NCBI GenBank assembly: GCA_964016885.1
Contig: OZ024740.1
Location: 169,384,001 to 169,448,000 of the forward strand
Length of the DNA stretch: 64,000 nt
Reading direction: 5' to 3'
Origin: Eledone cirrhosa
Taxonomy: Eukaryota
The notes below the pieces were generated by a model. The model did no database searches. It saw only the letters and a list, made by a program, of their open reading frames with translations, and was not told the origin of the DNA. Positions 13,021-27,013 of this stretch are shown piece by piece. How positions within the stretch are numbered: position 1 is the stretch's first letter; each line of letters begins with the position of its first letter. The position numbers and the translations under genes were made by a program.

Positions 13021-15377
13021 TCTATTTCGTTTCTGAATTTGTTTAGCAAGATTCTTTATCTGAAATCGTGTGTTGAAACCGATATTGTTATACTTTGGGA
13101 GGGTCATGTTGCCAATAAGAAACACACGCACCAGTTGCTTTCACTTCAATTTATTATATATTTATAAATTTATAAATTTACAAATTTCTGGTTGGTTGGT
13201 TGGTTCCACAACCAGAAAGTTGTTTATATATATAGTCATAGTCCTTTCGTCACAAACTCTGTGATCTCTTCAGTGACTGGGGATTCCTTTCTTCGTTTCT
13301 GTGCCTTTCCTTTCTTCTATCCTACGCCATTTTGTTTCTGTGTGTGTGTTGTGTGCTCAGTTTGCGCATGCGCCACATCCGGGTGTCTGTGTGTGTTTGT
13401 GTTCATTTTTCTATTTTTCTATTTATATTCTTCTATTTGTTTATTTATTTATTTATTTATTTATTGTTGGTTGGTTGTTTGTTCTATGTGTGTGTGTGTA
13501 TTCATTTTGTCCTGTGTGTGTTTTCATTTTGTGTGTGTTTTCAATTGTAAGTTGTTTGTTCTATGTGTGTGTGTGTTTTCATTTTGTCCTTAATTGTAAG
13601 TTGTGATGTTGCTGTTCCACTCATATTTTCTATTTAATTTTGGTTTTAATTCTTTTATGCTTACTGCCTCTGTAATTTGCCTAAACATTGCGTCTTTTAT
13701 GTGTGTGGATTCTATTTTTATTTCTATGCTCTCTAATCTACCCCTGTGTTCTATCTTAGCATGTTGGTAGAGCACAGATGATTCTTTATTATCTTGGAGG
13801 TCTCGCCAGTGTTCATTTATTCGTTCCCCTATACTACGAGTTGTCTCACCTATGTACACTATATTTTTGTTTCTACATTGTCCTTCAGTACATCTTATGC
13901 TATACACTACATTTCTAGTTTTACAGTTAATATGGGGGCTTATTTTACAGGTTATACATTTCTTATCTATACATGAGGGTCTTTGGAACGGGTATGTCTT
14001 GCTAATAAGTGTTTTTACGGAGGTACCAGGTCTTTCTACTATCTTAATATTGAGATTATGTTTATTTAGGGCCCTTCTAAATTTGTAGGCTAGTTCGCCT
14101 CTAGGGGTTGTATTGATGAACATTACACTCTGGTATTTATTGCTATCATACCATGAGTTTATTCTATTGGCCTTGTTCCTAGTTCTTTCTATTCTATTCC
14201 AAAATTTGCTCCTATACAAGGGGCAGGTCCCATTTATGTCATTATTTACCATTTTTTCCCATTTGGTTCTGGCTCCTTTATACACTCTGATTCTATCTCT
14301 CTGATTGTAGCCAGAGAACTGCATACGGTGGATGAAGTGTTGTATGTGTCTCTCTAGTTCTTCGGGGTTGCACATGCGGGACACATTTCTCATCACCCGT
14401 ACCAAATCCGCAATCAGTATGTTGATTTTGGTATGGTCCGAAATGGCCGAGTTTCGGTGGATCAGATGTTTGGAAGTCATGGGTTTGGCATAATGAGAAT
14501 GGAGGATTTGTTTTTGGTTGTTAATGGTATCTAACCAGAGCTCTGTGTCTAGTACAGGTAATCGATGGTTGGGGTGTCTACTTGGGTAGTCTATAGTAAC
14601 TCTAATGCTCTGGTGGATGGAGTTTGCTATTTGCTGGATGCTTTCCATTGTGTTTTTCTCTAGTTCCTGACTGTTCTTTAGTGGGGGTGTCTTAACTACG
14701 ATGTTTATATCATCTACGTAGCGGGAGTACATTATCAGGGTTAAGCTGTCTTCTAATTGTTCATTAAGTTTTTGTTTAAGTCTACTGTCCCACCATACCA
14801 TGAATAAGTTAGCTATGTCGCCTGCAATGCTAACACCAATGGCTGCTCCTTCCTCTTGGGCATATGTTTTACCATTAAATTTGAACATATGTTCCTTAAG
14901 GGTTAATTTTATGCTGGCCCCTACCGCATGTGCAATCATTTTCTTCAGTTCATCGTGGTTTTCGGGTGTCCGTGTGGCTCTGGTCCACCCGTTCCATCTA
15001 TCTGTGTGGGTTTTCTTGGCCATTGAGGTAATGGTAGGTGGTCTGCCTCTTGCTGGTCTTGTAGGGCACAGGTTGCTAAGGTCATAAGTGTCTAGGTAGC
15101 TATTACTATGGGTAAGCTTAAGTAGAAGTCCCAGCTCACTGGTATCAATCCCACGGAACTCAACCTTGCTCTCGCTGATCATTTCTACGCATTTCTCCAC
15201 AGCAAAATCCACGTCAATAGATGGATACAGGGACACAACATCCATACTGCCTATTATACAGTTTGTTAGGTCCCCAGATCGGTTACCCGCGCCGATTCTG
15301 CTGAGGAGGTCCTCCGTGCTGTCACACACATCTGGGGACATCTCAATGATGGGGCGTATGATCATACGCCCCATCAT
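13021..15377 (-). mobile_element. 5'-truncated Penelope-like element (RT + GIY-YIG) in (TA)n
   Basis: ORF 13590-15377: GSMDVVSLYPSI, GAAIG, RYVDD, LPVLD, C..C..C VVYSIRC..C..YIGET, RINEH, LNRK. The 3' pLTR carries an HHR. Confidence 0.92.
13234..13278 (-). ncRNA. Type I minimal hammerhead ribozyme in PLE pLTR
   Basis: Minus strand: AGUCA CUGAAGA G(A)UCACA GAGUU UGUGAC GAAA GGAC UA^UGACU; stem I AGUCA/UGACU. Confidence 0.75.
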
Positions 15378-15388
15378 ATATATATATA

Positions 15389-15443
<55 letters not shown>

Positions 15444-15462
15444 AAATATATATATATATATA

Positions 15463-16280
15463 TGAATTAGTAAATTTGTATTCCAATGTTACTAAGTAGT
15501 TGCATTGGATGGAGTCAACCGACGTCGGAGATTGCTCAACGCCTGCATATAAGCAAAATGATCGAATCTGCAAATTATGCAATTTGGAGATATACTGCAT
15601 TTTAACGTCGGTAAACAAACTTTTGAACAGCAAAATTGAACGTTCACTATACTGTAACCATCGTTTGAAAACGACTTTTTCTTTTTTTAAATGCATATAA
15701 TGTTACCTTTTTACACCACCGTTTGCAAATTTCTGTTTTATATGTTTATACACAAGATATGGCTTTCTATAATAATAGTACTAAACACTGTTTTCTGGAC
15801 CCCTTTAGAAATAACCTGCTACTATAATAGCCCCAATAACTTGTCTGTAACTCTGTACCACTTTGACCCCTTTAACTAAATTTTGTCCGAACAACACCAC
15901 TAGAAGAATTTACTTCCCCCGCCAACCCTAACACGCCTCATTAAGCTAACTGCTGCCAAAACATTCTCTCCTTACAATCTCTACTAGTCTGACAGTCTTA
16001 AATCCTAGAACTCCCTCCACCTTACTCACTTCCCTCTTCCCCTTCTCTTCCTACCTCCTTCTTTCTCTTTTATCTAGTGTATAAAATATTTTCATATCAT
16101 TCCAATACAAAGGTCTGACGACATGGTGTGTTTGCTTACAGTGTACCTTCGGTTTATGATAATATTTTTATATTATTCAAATAGCGAGGTATAGGTAACC
16201 CATACACTATAGAAACAATTGTTACCTAATAAATTCTTTATACCCGCATTTCCATTTCATAAACTTCTTCTCCATTTAAA
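15463..16280 (+). mobile_element. 3' fragment of a Naiad-like PLE (GIY-YIG C-terminus + 3' UTR/pLTR)
   Basis: 15500-15700 encodes ICKLCNLEIYCIL..LLN....YCNHR, matching the C-termini of the other PLEs here; HHR at 16111-16227; TA flanks. Confidence 0.75.
16111..16227 (+). ncRNA. Hammerhead ribozyme with long stem II extension
   Basis: AGGU CUGACGA [AUGGUGUGU...AUACACUAU hairpin, ~90 nt] GAAAC AAUU GUU^ACCU. Confidence 0.65.
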
Positions 16281-16282
16281 TA

Positions 16283-16533
<251 letters not shown>

Positions 16534-17681
16534 GTATATATGCAAAAGTTTTATATAAAATTGTTGGGTTACAACAAGTAAATATTTTATAACTGATATA
16601 AAGCACTCGACAAGTTTTGGAGTAGATATACGATATTAAACAAATGGAAACTATATTTATAAAACCATATTTATTTCATTATACATATTTCGGGGATACC
16701 ATATTAAAAATATGGCATGCCTTCTTCAGATAAAATACAATATATAAACATTTTATAAATAATTTTGACGTACCATAAATATTGACCGACCGTTATGTAA
16801 AAAGCTGGTTTGGTAGTGAGATGTTTACAAATATTTAGTGTTAAGCACAGTTAAAAAGAAAGACAGAGAAAAAGAAGAAATGTATGTAAAGAAAAACAGA
16901 GAGAAATAGAGAGAGATAGGGGAGAGAGAAATAGTGAGGAGGTGAAAAAAGAGAAGCAGCTGAGGCAACAGATGAATAATAATAATTCATCATACAAATT
17001 GAGAGATTTAGGGGGGAGGGTGTACTGTAATTATTTAGTTATAGTGTTAAGGACAGTTGGGGAGGGGGCGGAGAGAAAATAAGAAATGAAGAGAAAACAG
17101 AGAGAGAGAAAGATAGAGGTGGGGGGAGAATAGAGGTAGCCCAAATAATAATAATTATATATGGGGAGGTGAGAGAAATAGGAGAGAAATGAGAGAGAAA
17201 CAAGAGAGAAACTCGAGAGGCAAAGTTAAAACAACCGATACATAGATTTCATCATATATAAAGAGGGAGGAGAAGAAAGAGCTATATCTAGAGAAAGGGG
17301 GATGATAGATTTACATCTTTACGTTATGTCCTATCAATTTGAATTATCAATTCATATGAACTGGGTAATACAATGTAAATATCAATATTCATGAATGAGA
17401 CATAGATATATAATGTGTGAATATAATTTTGCTCAACAATGACCATATGTTTAGTTTAAAATTCTGAGGTCGATGTACCAAAACTGAGATAAAACTTCAA
17501 AAAATACGGAAATATACATACACATGCATATGCATTTTCCGGAAAAGGAAAGAAAGAGAAAAAGAGAAGGTCATCTCAAGTTCTAGTTGACACTATAGAC
17601 ATACCCATGATTTTACGTGATCAACTCTGTAATTTCTTGTTTCACAGAAAAAAAATTTTCTTTGTGTTATAAAAGATTTTA

Positions 17682-17736
<55 letters not shown>

Positions 17737-18316
17737 AAAAAATATATTAATATTCTTGCCCTCACATACATGATTATCGTTTATGTAGAGAATATTATGC
17801 ATATCTGTAACATATCCAGAACTATACCCACACATACATATATATATATATGCATGCACACGTATATGTACAGATATCAATATATCAGCACAGAGATATC
17901 AAAACGTTAAAAATATTTTCATCACTCCCTAGAGTATCTCGGGCCGTAAAAAACTCAGTATGCCCCCCATATCAACCACAGAAATCTACCCTTCCAATTT
18001 ATCTGACAATATATTGCCAAGTTCATTAGAAGCAATCAGAATCAAAAAGCAAACAAAAAATCAAAAATTATTCAACAAAACTCATTTAGCAGAAATCATT
18101 TAAAGGAGACCCTGTTGTTCTACGGATGCTTTTATATTTAGTATAGAAGTTTATCTAGCGTAAAATTTATTCAATAGATTTATTCATCTACATTTTAGGG
18201 TAGTTTAAATACATCATTAGTATATATTTATGAAGAAGGTTTAAAGAAAAAGTTGAAGGAATCGAAAGATTTATCGTCAGGTTTCATACATTAATTAAAT
18301 ATCCTAATTAATTATG

Positions 18317-20518
18317 CTACATTTTAAATTTATATTTATATTTAAACGTTGAGTTCAATCTATGTCTGCAGCAACTGAATAAATTGCTCCTTAAATTAAG
18401 GGAATTTTTGGATTTTAATATAAAGAATATCTCCCTCCACACAGAGGTCACATGTCTCAGATGAGGAATTAAAAGGAATCCCTCTTGAGACAATATTCCA
18501 AAACATCGAATACCCAACGTTATCATGTTTAAGTTGCCAGAGTAAGCCTGATAGTGAAGTTGAGGATTTTTTGTTTGGATCTGTGAAAGAATCTTATGAT
18601 GACTGTAGCGAAGTTTAAATTCTGTCGAGGTGGAACCAACGTAGTTAAAAGAATTTAAGTTAGTTTTAACATTACAATTGTATATTATATTTTTAACTAA
18701 GCAATTGTTATTTAACGGACATTTAGATTTATTTCTACAGTTACAGTTGTTTAATTGAATATTGTTTTGGCCATTATCGGTATTTTGGCTAGGTTTTAGA
18801 TTCCTATTATTTATTCTGTTAATGTTTTGTGCTAAATTTTTGGTGGACGAGTAGGTTAATTTTATAGTATGTCTATTAAAAATTGAGTGATATTTATGCG
18901 TTCTAGAGAAGCGTTTGTCAAGAGCATTAAAAAATAGTTTAGCAATGTGGGTTTTAATATTTAGTGAGAAGGGGGGGGGGGGGCAAACCATATTATATTT
19001 CTAGTTCTATTTCTTTTCCGGCTTTTGGAATTATTGTAATGTTTTCTATTATAGTTGTTAAAGTTGTTACCGTAATTAAAATTGTTATTATCTTGGTTAG
19101 TTTGCCTATTATTATCGATGTACTTAATTTTATCACTATATCCTGCTCTAGCTAACGCTTCATTGTAATACTGCGCTTTTTCATCGAAAATATTTTTATT
19201 AGATGAAATTCTTGAGATACGTTCTTGAACAGAGTTCACTATAGTATTTTTTACAGATCTGGGATGATTAGAGTTAAAATTGACATAATTCAAGTTTTCA
19301 TTTAGTTTGTGAAATGGATAGTGAAGACATGTGTTGAGATTTAGTGTTACATCTAGGAAATTGACTATTCTATGGTTATTCTCTATTTCTATTTTTAAAT
19401 TAAGGTAATTAAAAAATTGTATAATTTGTTTTCTTTTCCTATTTAGTTCAGAGTTATTATTTTCAATAAGTAAAAGCATGTCATCACGATATAATCCTCC
19501 GGTTACACCAGGTATTTTTCTATGCAGCGAATTAATTATAAATAGGCCCACAAGGTCCGTTACCTGAGCTGAGTCAGATGATCCCATAGTGATGTCGAAA
19601 TTATTATCTCTATCTGCCGTAGTCCATAGTTGGTTATTAAATTCTATCAATGTTTTCCTTGCCGATAATATAATGTGCATTTCATTGCTAGTTAGGTCTG
19701 TATGTTTGAATGCGTAATTTAGTGCCTTATTCAGTAGATTAGGGGTAATAGATGAATAGTAGTTAGCAATATCTAGTTGAATAAATTTATTATTATTGTT
19801 ATATTTAATTTCTTTAAACCACTCAATAACCTCACCGGTCCCCTTCCATAAGTTTAAGTTAGGTAAATTATGTAAGTTTTTAATTTGCTGTATCACCCTG
19901 TCAAGAATGTTTTTGCTAAGTTTACCCAGGTCAGATTTTGATGGTGCAATCAATCTGACTGGCAAATCATTTTCAAAATTTCTTTTGTGATCTTTCATAT
20001 TGATCTTGGATTTCCTAGGCAAGACGGGTTGTGTTTTGTTCTCAATGTCCAACTCATGCATTATACAAGATGCCTCAACATTAATTTTTTCCAGTTCTTC
20101 CTTATTTGCTACCTTGTACCTTTTCCTTAGTTCTTTCAATATAGTTCTTGTTCTTGTTGGTTTTGTCCGATTTCACCAAGATCTTCTCTGTTCTCTCCAG
20201 GCCTTCAATATTATCCTTAATGCTTCTTAGATAGTCCTGGCCTTTGAAGTTTCTCTTGAATTTGATTCCTTGGATGATAGAAATTATATCGTTTTCAAAA
20301 TCCATTAATAGTTTGTTGGGCGGTGGATTTTTTTTAGATTTGAAAACTTTATCTAAGTCTGAAACATTTTCATTTAGATTGGATTTATCAAAGTGGAAGG
20401 CACGCCACCTGATTCTTCTTATAAAAGAGTCTGATTTTTCTATTAATTGTTTAATAAAGTCTTTGTTCTTAGCTAGAGGTATGTCTTTTAGAGAAGAAGA
20501 TATCTTAAAGATTTCCAT
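18317..20518 (-). pseudogene. PLE RT-GIY-YIG ORF broken by frameshifts
   Basis: [69 protein letters not shown]. Confidence 0.92.
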
Positions 20519-20885
20519 TTTTTTCAGTTATAATATAAAGCGCTCAACAGTATTGGAGCAAAATATATGCAAAAGTTTTATATAAAATTGTTAGGTTACA
20601 ACAAGTAAATATTTTATAACTGATATAAAGCACTCGACAAGTTTTATTCATCTGTTGCCTCAGCTGCATCTCTTTTTTCACCTCCTCACTATTTCTCTCT
20701 CCCCTATCTCTCTCTATTTCTCTCTGTTTTTCTTTACATAGATTTCTTCTTTTTCTCTGTCTTTCTTTTTAACTGTGCTTAACACTAAATATTTGTAAAC
20801 ATCTCACTACCAAACCAGCTTTTTACATAACGGTTGGTCAATATTTATGGTACCTCAAAATTATTTATAAAATGTTTATATATTG

Positions 20886-20951
20886 TATTTTATCTGAAGA
20901 AGGCATGCCATATTTTTAATATGGTATCCCCGAAATAGGTATAATGAAATA
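20886..20951 (+). ncRNA. Hammerhead ribozyme in the inverted pLTR (sense-strand copy at 16672-16737, -)
   Basis: UAUUUUAU CUGAAGA [AUGCCAUAUU/AAUAUGGUAU hairpin] GAAA UAGGUAUA^AUGAAAUA; 8-bp stem I. Confidence 0.8.
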
Positions 20952-20998
20952 AATATGGTTTTATAAATATAGTTTCCATTTGTTTAATATCGTATATG

Positions 20999-21042
<44 letters not shown>

Positions 21043-21056
21043 TATATATATATATG

Positions 21057-21169
<113 letters not shown>

Positions 21170-21224
21170 GTATATATATATGTATATATACCTCTATATG
21201 TATATATACCTCTTCTTCTACAAC

Positions 21225-23627
21225 ATGGATTATTACAACATAACCAATTCAACTAAAGACATTCCTATACCTGGTAAATCTGAATTCACCAAACTTCTTA
21301 TTGAAAAAACTGACTCCTTCGTAAGAAGACTTAGATGGACAGCCTATTTCTATGACCAGCGCCTAAAAGGGAACTTCCATACCAAAGAACATAACTTCCT
21401 TGATCATCTTTTTAATTCTAGACGAAATCCTCCTTCAAACAAAAATCTAGTACAATTCGAGGAAGAATTAACTAAAATAATAAAAAATCTTAAATTCAAG
21501 AGATACCCTTACAAAGGACAAGAGCACCTTGTAAATCTCAAGAACACAATCTCTAACCTAAATTCCTCAAAAAATGTTTTAGTCCACTCTGACAAAACCA
21601 ATAACTTATATGGTATTTCCAAGGATAATTATAACAACCTTATCCTAAAGGAACTTAGGAAAAAGTATCGTAAAACCAACCATGAAAATTTAGAATACAT
21701 AAACCTTGAAGCCTCTGAGATTATGTCAAAACTTGGCATTGAAAAAAAGACCGAACCATTCCTCCCAAGAACTCCGAGGATAAATCTCAAGGATCACAAA
21801 AACAATTTTCGCACTGAACTACCTGTTAGATTAATTGCCCCCTCTAAATCTGATCTGGGGGTTGTTAGTAAAGCCATCTTGGATAGAATTATCCCACAGG
21901 TTAGTTCTAATTGCTCTTCTTTGAACCTAAATTTATGGTTTGGTACTTCTGAGGTGATTGGCTGGTTCAACAAATTGGATAATAAAAACCAACTAAAATT
22001 TATTCAATTTGATATTGCCAGCTACTATTCCTCCATTTCGCCTTCACTTCTCAATAATGCTCTATCTTTCGCACTTAAATATTCTGACATCACCACAGAT
22101 GAAATTCACATCATCCTCACCGCACGTAAAACCATCCTAGAGTTCAACAACGAATATTGGACCAGAGCCGATACCTCTAACAACTTCGACATCACAATGG
22201 GAGCATCCGATTCATCCCAATTGACTGATTTAATTGGTATCTTCATTTTGAACTCTTTGAGTCGGAAAATTCCTCAACTTCGCGGTGGAATTTATCGTGA
22301 CGATGGACTCTTTACTATCCTAAATTGCAATATAGTTAACCTTAATATTATTAAGAACAATATACGTAATCTCTTTAACCAACATAACCTAAAAATTGAA
22401 TTTGATAATAGTATCAAACTAGCTAATTTCTTGGATGTATCTCTTAATCTTGACACTGGCCTATATTACCCTTACCATAAAAACAATGAGAACCTAAATT
22501 ATGTTAACTTTAAATCTAACCATCCTACCAATATCAAGAATGCTATAGTTAGTAATATTGGAAAAAGAATATCTAACATATCCTCTAATAAAAACATCTT
22601 TGATGCTAACGCCAATTACTATAATAACGCACTTTCTAAAGCCGGCTATCCAGATAAAATCAAATATAGTAAAGAAACAAATTCTAGAAAAACTTACAGT
22701 AGAATAATTAATCATGGTCATTCCAATAATTTTAATAAAAGACCTAGATACAAAAACATAATCTGGTATAATGCTCCTTTCTCCATCTCTATTAATAACA
22801 ATATTCCTAAATTATTTTTTAGTGCCTTAAATAAATGCTTCCCTCCCTCACATATCTATAGTAAAATATTTAACAAACACACCATCAGATTTTCTTATTC
22901 CACATCCTCCAATATTTCCAACATCATCTCTAAACACAGCAATAAAATACTAAATACTAAATCTCTTCCTTCCAACATTGAATTTCATAATAACAGTAAT
23001 AGTACTCCCGACGTCATTGTAAACCCTAGGCTAACTTCTGTAAACCCAAATACAACGTCAAACACAACTTCGCTAAATGTTCATAATCCAACTCTAAATC
23101 AAGAAACTATTATTCCTATTATTCCTATCGCAAACAACTTCTCCAATCCAATTCCTTCTATAGATAACACTAGGTCACTCATTAATAATCTTTCTAATTG
23201 CAACTGCCGCATTAAAAATAAATGTCCTCTCAACAACCATTGTCTCGATAAAAACTTAATTTATGAATGTAAAATTATAACTAGTACCAATTCCTTCACC
23301 TATTTTGGCTCCACTTCCACCTCTTTTAAAGCTCGTATCTATAATCATCATTGATCTTTCAAATACAAACTTAAAAGAACCAACACTGCTCTCTCAGAAC
23401 TCATATGGTCCTTAAAAGACAAAAACATTAAATATACCATCTTTTGGAAGAAGGTTTCTTCTGCATCCTCATACTTGAACAGCTCTCTATCTAAAATCTG
23501 TAATCTGTGCCTAAATGAAAAATTTACCATTATCTCTAACCTAGATTCTATAATAAATAGACGTACAGATTTGTTTTCTATCTGCCTGCATAAATTCCAT
23601 AGAACTTTTCACAAAGTATACAGTTAA
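21225..23627 (+). pseudogene. PLE RT-GIY-YIG ORF (~800 codons) with one in-frame TGA at 23352-23354
   Basis: [43 protein letters not shown]; after the TGA the frame continues ALSELIW..ICNLCLNEK..INRRTDLFSICLH to TAA 23625-23627. Confidence 0.92.
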
Positions 23628-24653
23628 TATTCAATTCTTTATCAATTTAGAATCTTTTCTCAAAGGCACATATACATACACCTCTTTAAAATATACCCAT
23701 CTTCCTACCATACTTTAAAGGGCATTATACACTCTATAATACTTGTTTACTCATTACCCTCATTCTATCTTCACCTTGTAAAATCCTTCATAACATATAC
23801 ATTTGTTTTTTTGACGTTAGAATATTCATCCGCAATCATTATTATTTTTTTCTCTCCATCATAAATCTTTTTAATCTCAATTTCATCCTTAATTTATTAT
23901 TTTTTTCTCCCCATCAACGAACTCATTCTTAATACATATTAACTCTTTATTCGCATATATTATCAATTCCTTCAATATACAAACTTTAACTTCACATTAT
24001 TTTTCTCAAATCCTTCTACACACAAACCTTAATAATTTTTCTCTTCGTTAATTTTGAAATTGCCACAATACTTATCAACATACCCTTTTTTGACGTTAGA
24101 ATATTCATCCACAATTATTATTTTTTCTCTCTATCTTCATACATAAATTCCCTTCGTTAATTTTCAAATTCCTTTAATTTATACATTATCTTCCAACGGT
24201 TCTCAACCTCTCTATGTAAAACAATATATCTTTTTCTCAGTTATAAAAACTATCTCTTTCTCTCTATCACCCATCTCTCCCTCTCCACCTTCACTCTCAT
24301 CTCCTCCCCCTTTTTTCATCCTCCCCCCCTCCCTAAATAAAATACTTTTTCCTCGCACATATCCTCCCTTCATTAATTTTCAAATTTTTTTTAATTTATA
24401 CATTATCTTCCAACGGTTTTCAACCTCTCTATGTAAAACAATATATCTCCTCTCAGTTATAAAAACTATCTCTTTCCCTCTATCACCCATCTCTCCCTCT
24501 CATCTCCTCCCCTTTTTCATCCTTTCCACCCCCCCCTCTCTAAATAAAATATTTTTCCCAATATCACACATCAATCTAAAACCACTTTTCATATGTTGAT
24601 TTAAAACTGCACTATCCACGGGTGTTTTTTAGCCTTCATATCATGTTCTCCTG

Positions 24654-24720
24654 TTTTATCTGATGAAAACACAAATATTATTGCATGATGATGTTTGTTT
24701 TTGAAATGCGCATAATAAAA
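24654..24720 (+). ncRNA. Type I hammerhead ribozyme in PLE 3' pLTR
   Basis: UUUUAU CUGAUGA [stem II hairpin] GAAA UGCGCA UA^AUAAAA; palindromic stem III loop; predicted cleavage after 24714. Confidence 0.85.
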
Positions 24721-24757
24721 TACATGGAACTCCTTTAACCATCTTTTGATCTTATAT

Positions 24758-25620
<863 letters not shown>

Positions 25621-25943
25621 TTATTAAATAATTGTTTTTCACCGCTCCTATTAACGACGTATTATTCGTTTTTTCCTGTTCTTTGCCAGCGAACGTTACC
25701 ACGAACCAAAGTATCGTCTTCCTGTCTTCCTCCGGTTGCAACGTTTTTTGAAATATCCAGTTCTGCGTTTACAGATTGACTTTGTTAGTTTCAGAAGATC
25801 CCGTTAAGGCTGAAAGCAGCGATTCTTTGCTTAAACTTTAATCTGTTATTTTAATAAATATTTGCTCTACGGTTCTTATATATTTGATATATATTTTCCT
25901 TATCGAGCCCTCTTTGGATTTTAGTCTTCAATATTATTATTAT

Positions 25944-25945
<2 letters not shown>
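25621..25945 (+). mobile_element. PLE pLTR remnant; inverted copy at about 36355-36585, related tail at about 2150-2200 (-)
   Basis: Near-identical sequence on the opposite strand at 36355-36585; HHR-like AGUUU CAGAAGA..GAAA GCAG..UUUGC UU^AAACU. Confidence 0.65.
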
Positions 25946-25978
<33 letters not shown>

Positions 25979-26249
25979 AGTTAATATAAATTAATATATA
26001 TGATAAAACACAAATACCAACATATAAGTGTTTGTATTGTAAATGACTAAGTTAGCTAGATTGAAAAGTACAAATTATAATAATACAGTTTGCCTGTCTC
26101 GATTTAAAATAATAAATCAATATAAACAAACGATATTGGCAAATGGCCGTGGTACTTGGACAAATTTAAATTTCAAAATCAAACCTGTTCCGTAGATAAG
26201 TTTAAACTTTAAAATCCAAATAAGTTTCGAAATGAAAAAGTGAAAAAAT

Positions 26250-27013
26250 ACTTTTTTTTAGCCGTTGCTCGCATCAACCTGAGGTATATGGCCTTTAATG
26301 CGACGTAATGTCTACGACGGTTGGAAGGCCACTGATGAGGACAAACTTTTTTATATGTAACCCATTTGCAGCGCCCCAGCTCCATTAATATCATATTTAC
26401 ACATATATTTTTTCCTCCGCTGCCACCAGTCTGTTTCGTTCTTTGTGTTTTTACCCTTTCTAGCAGTCGCTCTCTCTCTGTTAGCCTCTTCTTCACCTTT
26501 CACTCACTCACTCTCTGTCACTACCTCTCCTCCTCCCCTTCTTCCCGTTTGACCTGTCCGTAATCCTTTTCTTGCGGGCACTTGGCCAAGTTGGTATGAA
26601 TTTTCTTTTTCTCTCTCTCGTCTGCGACTTCACAGAACTTATGTTTACCGAATTCGCAGACCAGACCCCTTCTTTCTCCCGTTAGACCTGTGCGAAATTC
26701 CTTCCCTGCTCCCATTTCAACCAGGTTTGATGGTCTTTATTCTCTCGTTCACGATTCCACCGAATTTATATTCATAGAAATCTGGGACTTGTTTCCTTCT
26801 TCATCACTTTCTGCTGCTTAAACCATTTTGTTTGTTTACCCTAGCGTCCCCTTTATTTACGTGTCCCAACGACTTTTTTTAGCCGTTGCTCGCACCAACC
26901 TGAGGTATATGGCCTTTAATGCGACGAAATGCCTACGACGGTTGGAAGGCCACTGATGAGGACAAACTTTTTCATATGTAACCCATTTGCAGCGCCGCAG
27001 CTCCATTATTATC

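Larger units (their letters stand above)
16535..20995 (-). mobile_element. Complete-structure Naiad-like PLE with 3' pLTR, duplicated tail and inverted 5' pLTR
   Basis: The tail 16535-16618 is repeated directly at 20562-20646; 20645-20995 is the inverse of about 16628-16977; ORF remnants 20518-18317; (TA)n flanks. Confidence 0.9.
21208..24762 (+). mobile_element. Near full-length Naiad-like PLE in (TA)n
   Basis: ORF from ATG 21225, ~1.1-kb 3' UTR with internal duplications, HHR near the 3' end. Confidence 0.92.

Noticed and set aside
23352-23354. In-frame TGA in a Naiad-like PLE as selenocysteine
   Set aside because: It is not at a conserved Cys position (the related copy reads RWYNHRHSF) and all conserved Cys are TGY; most likely CGA>TGA decay.
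26209-26715. Short minus-strand ORFs inside the retrozyme-like element
   Set aside because: Low-complexity, purine-rich translations with no recognisable domain.
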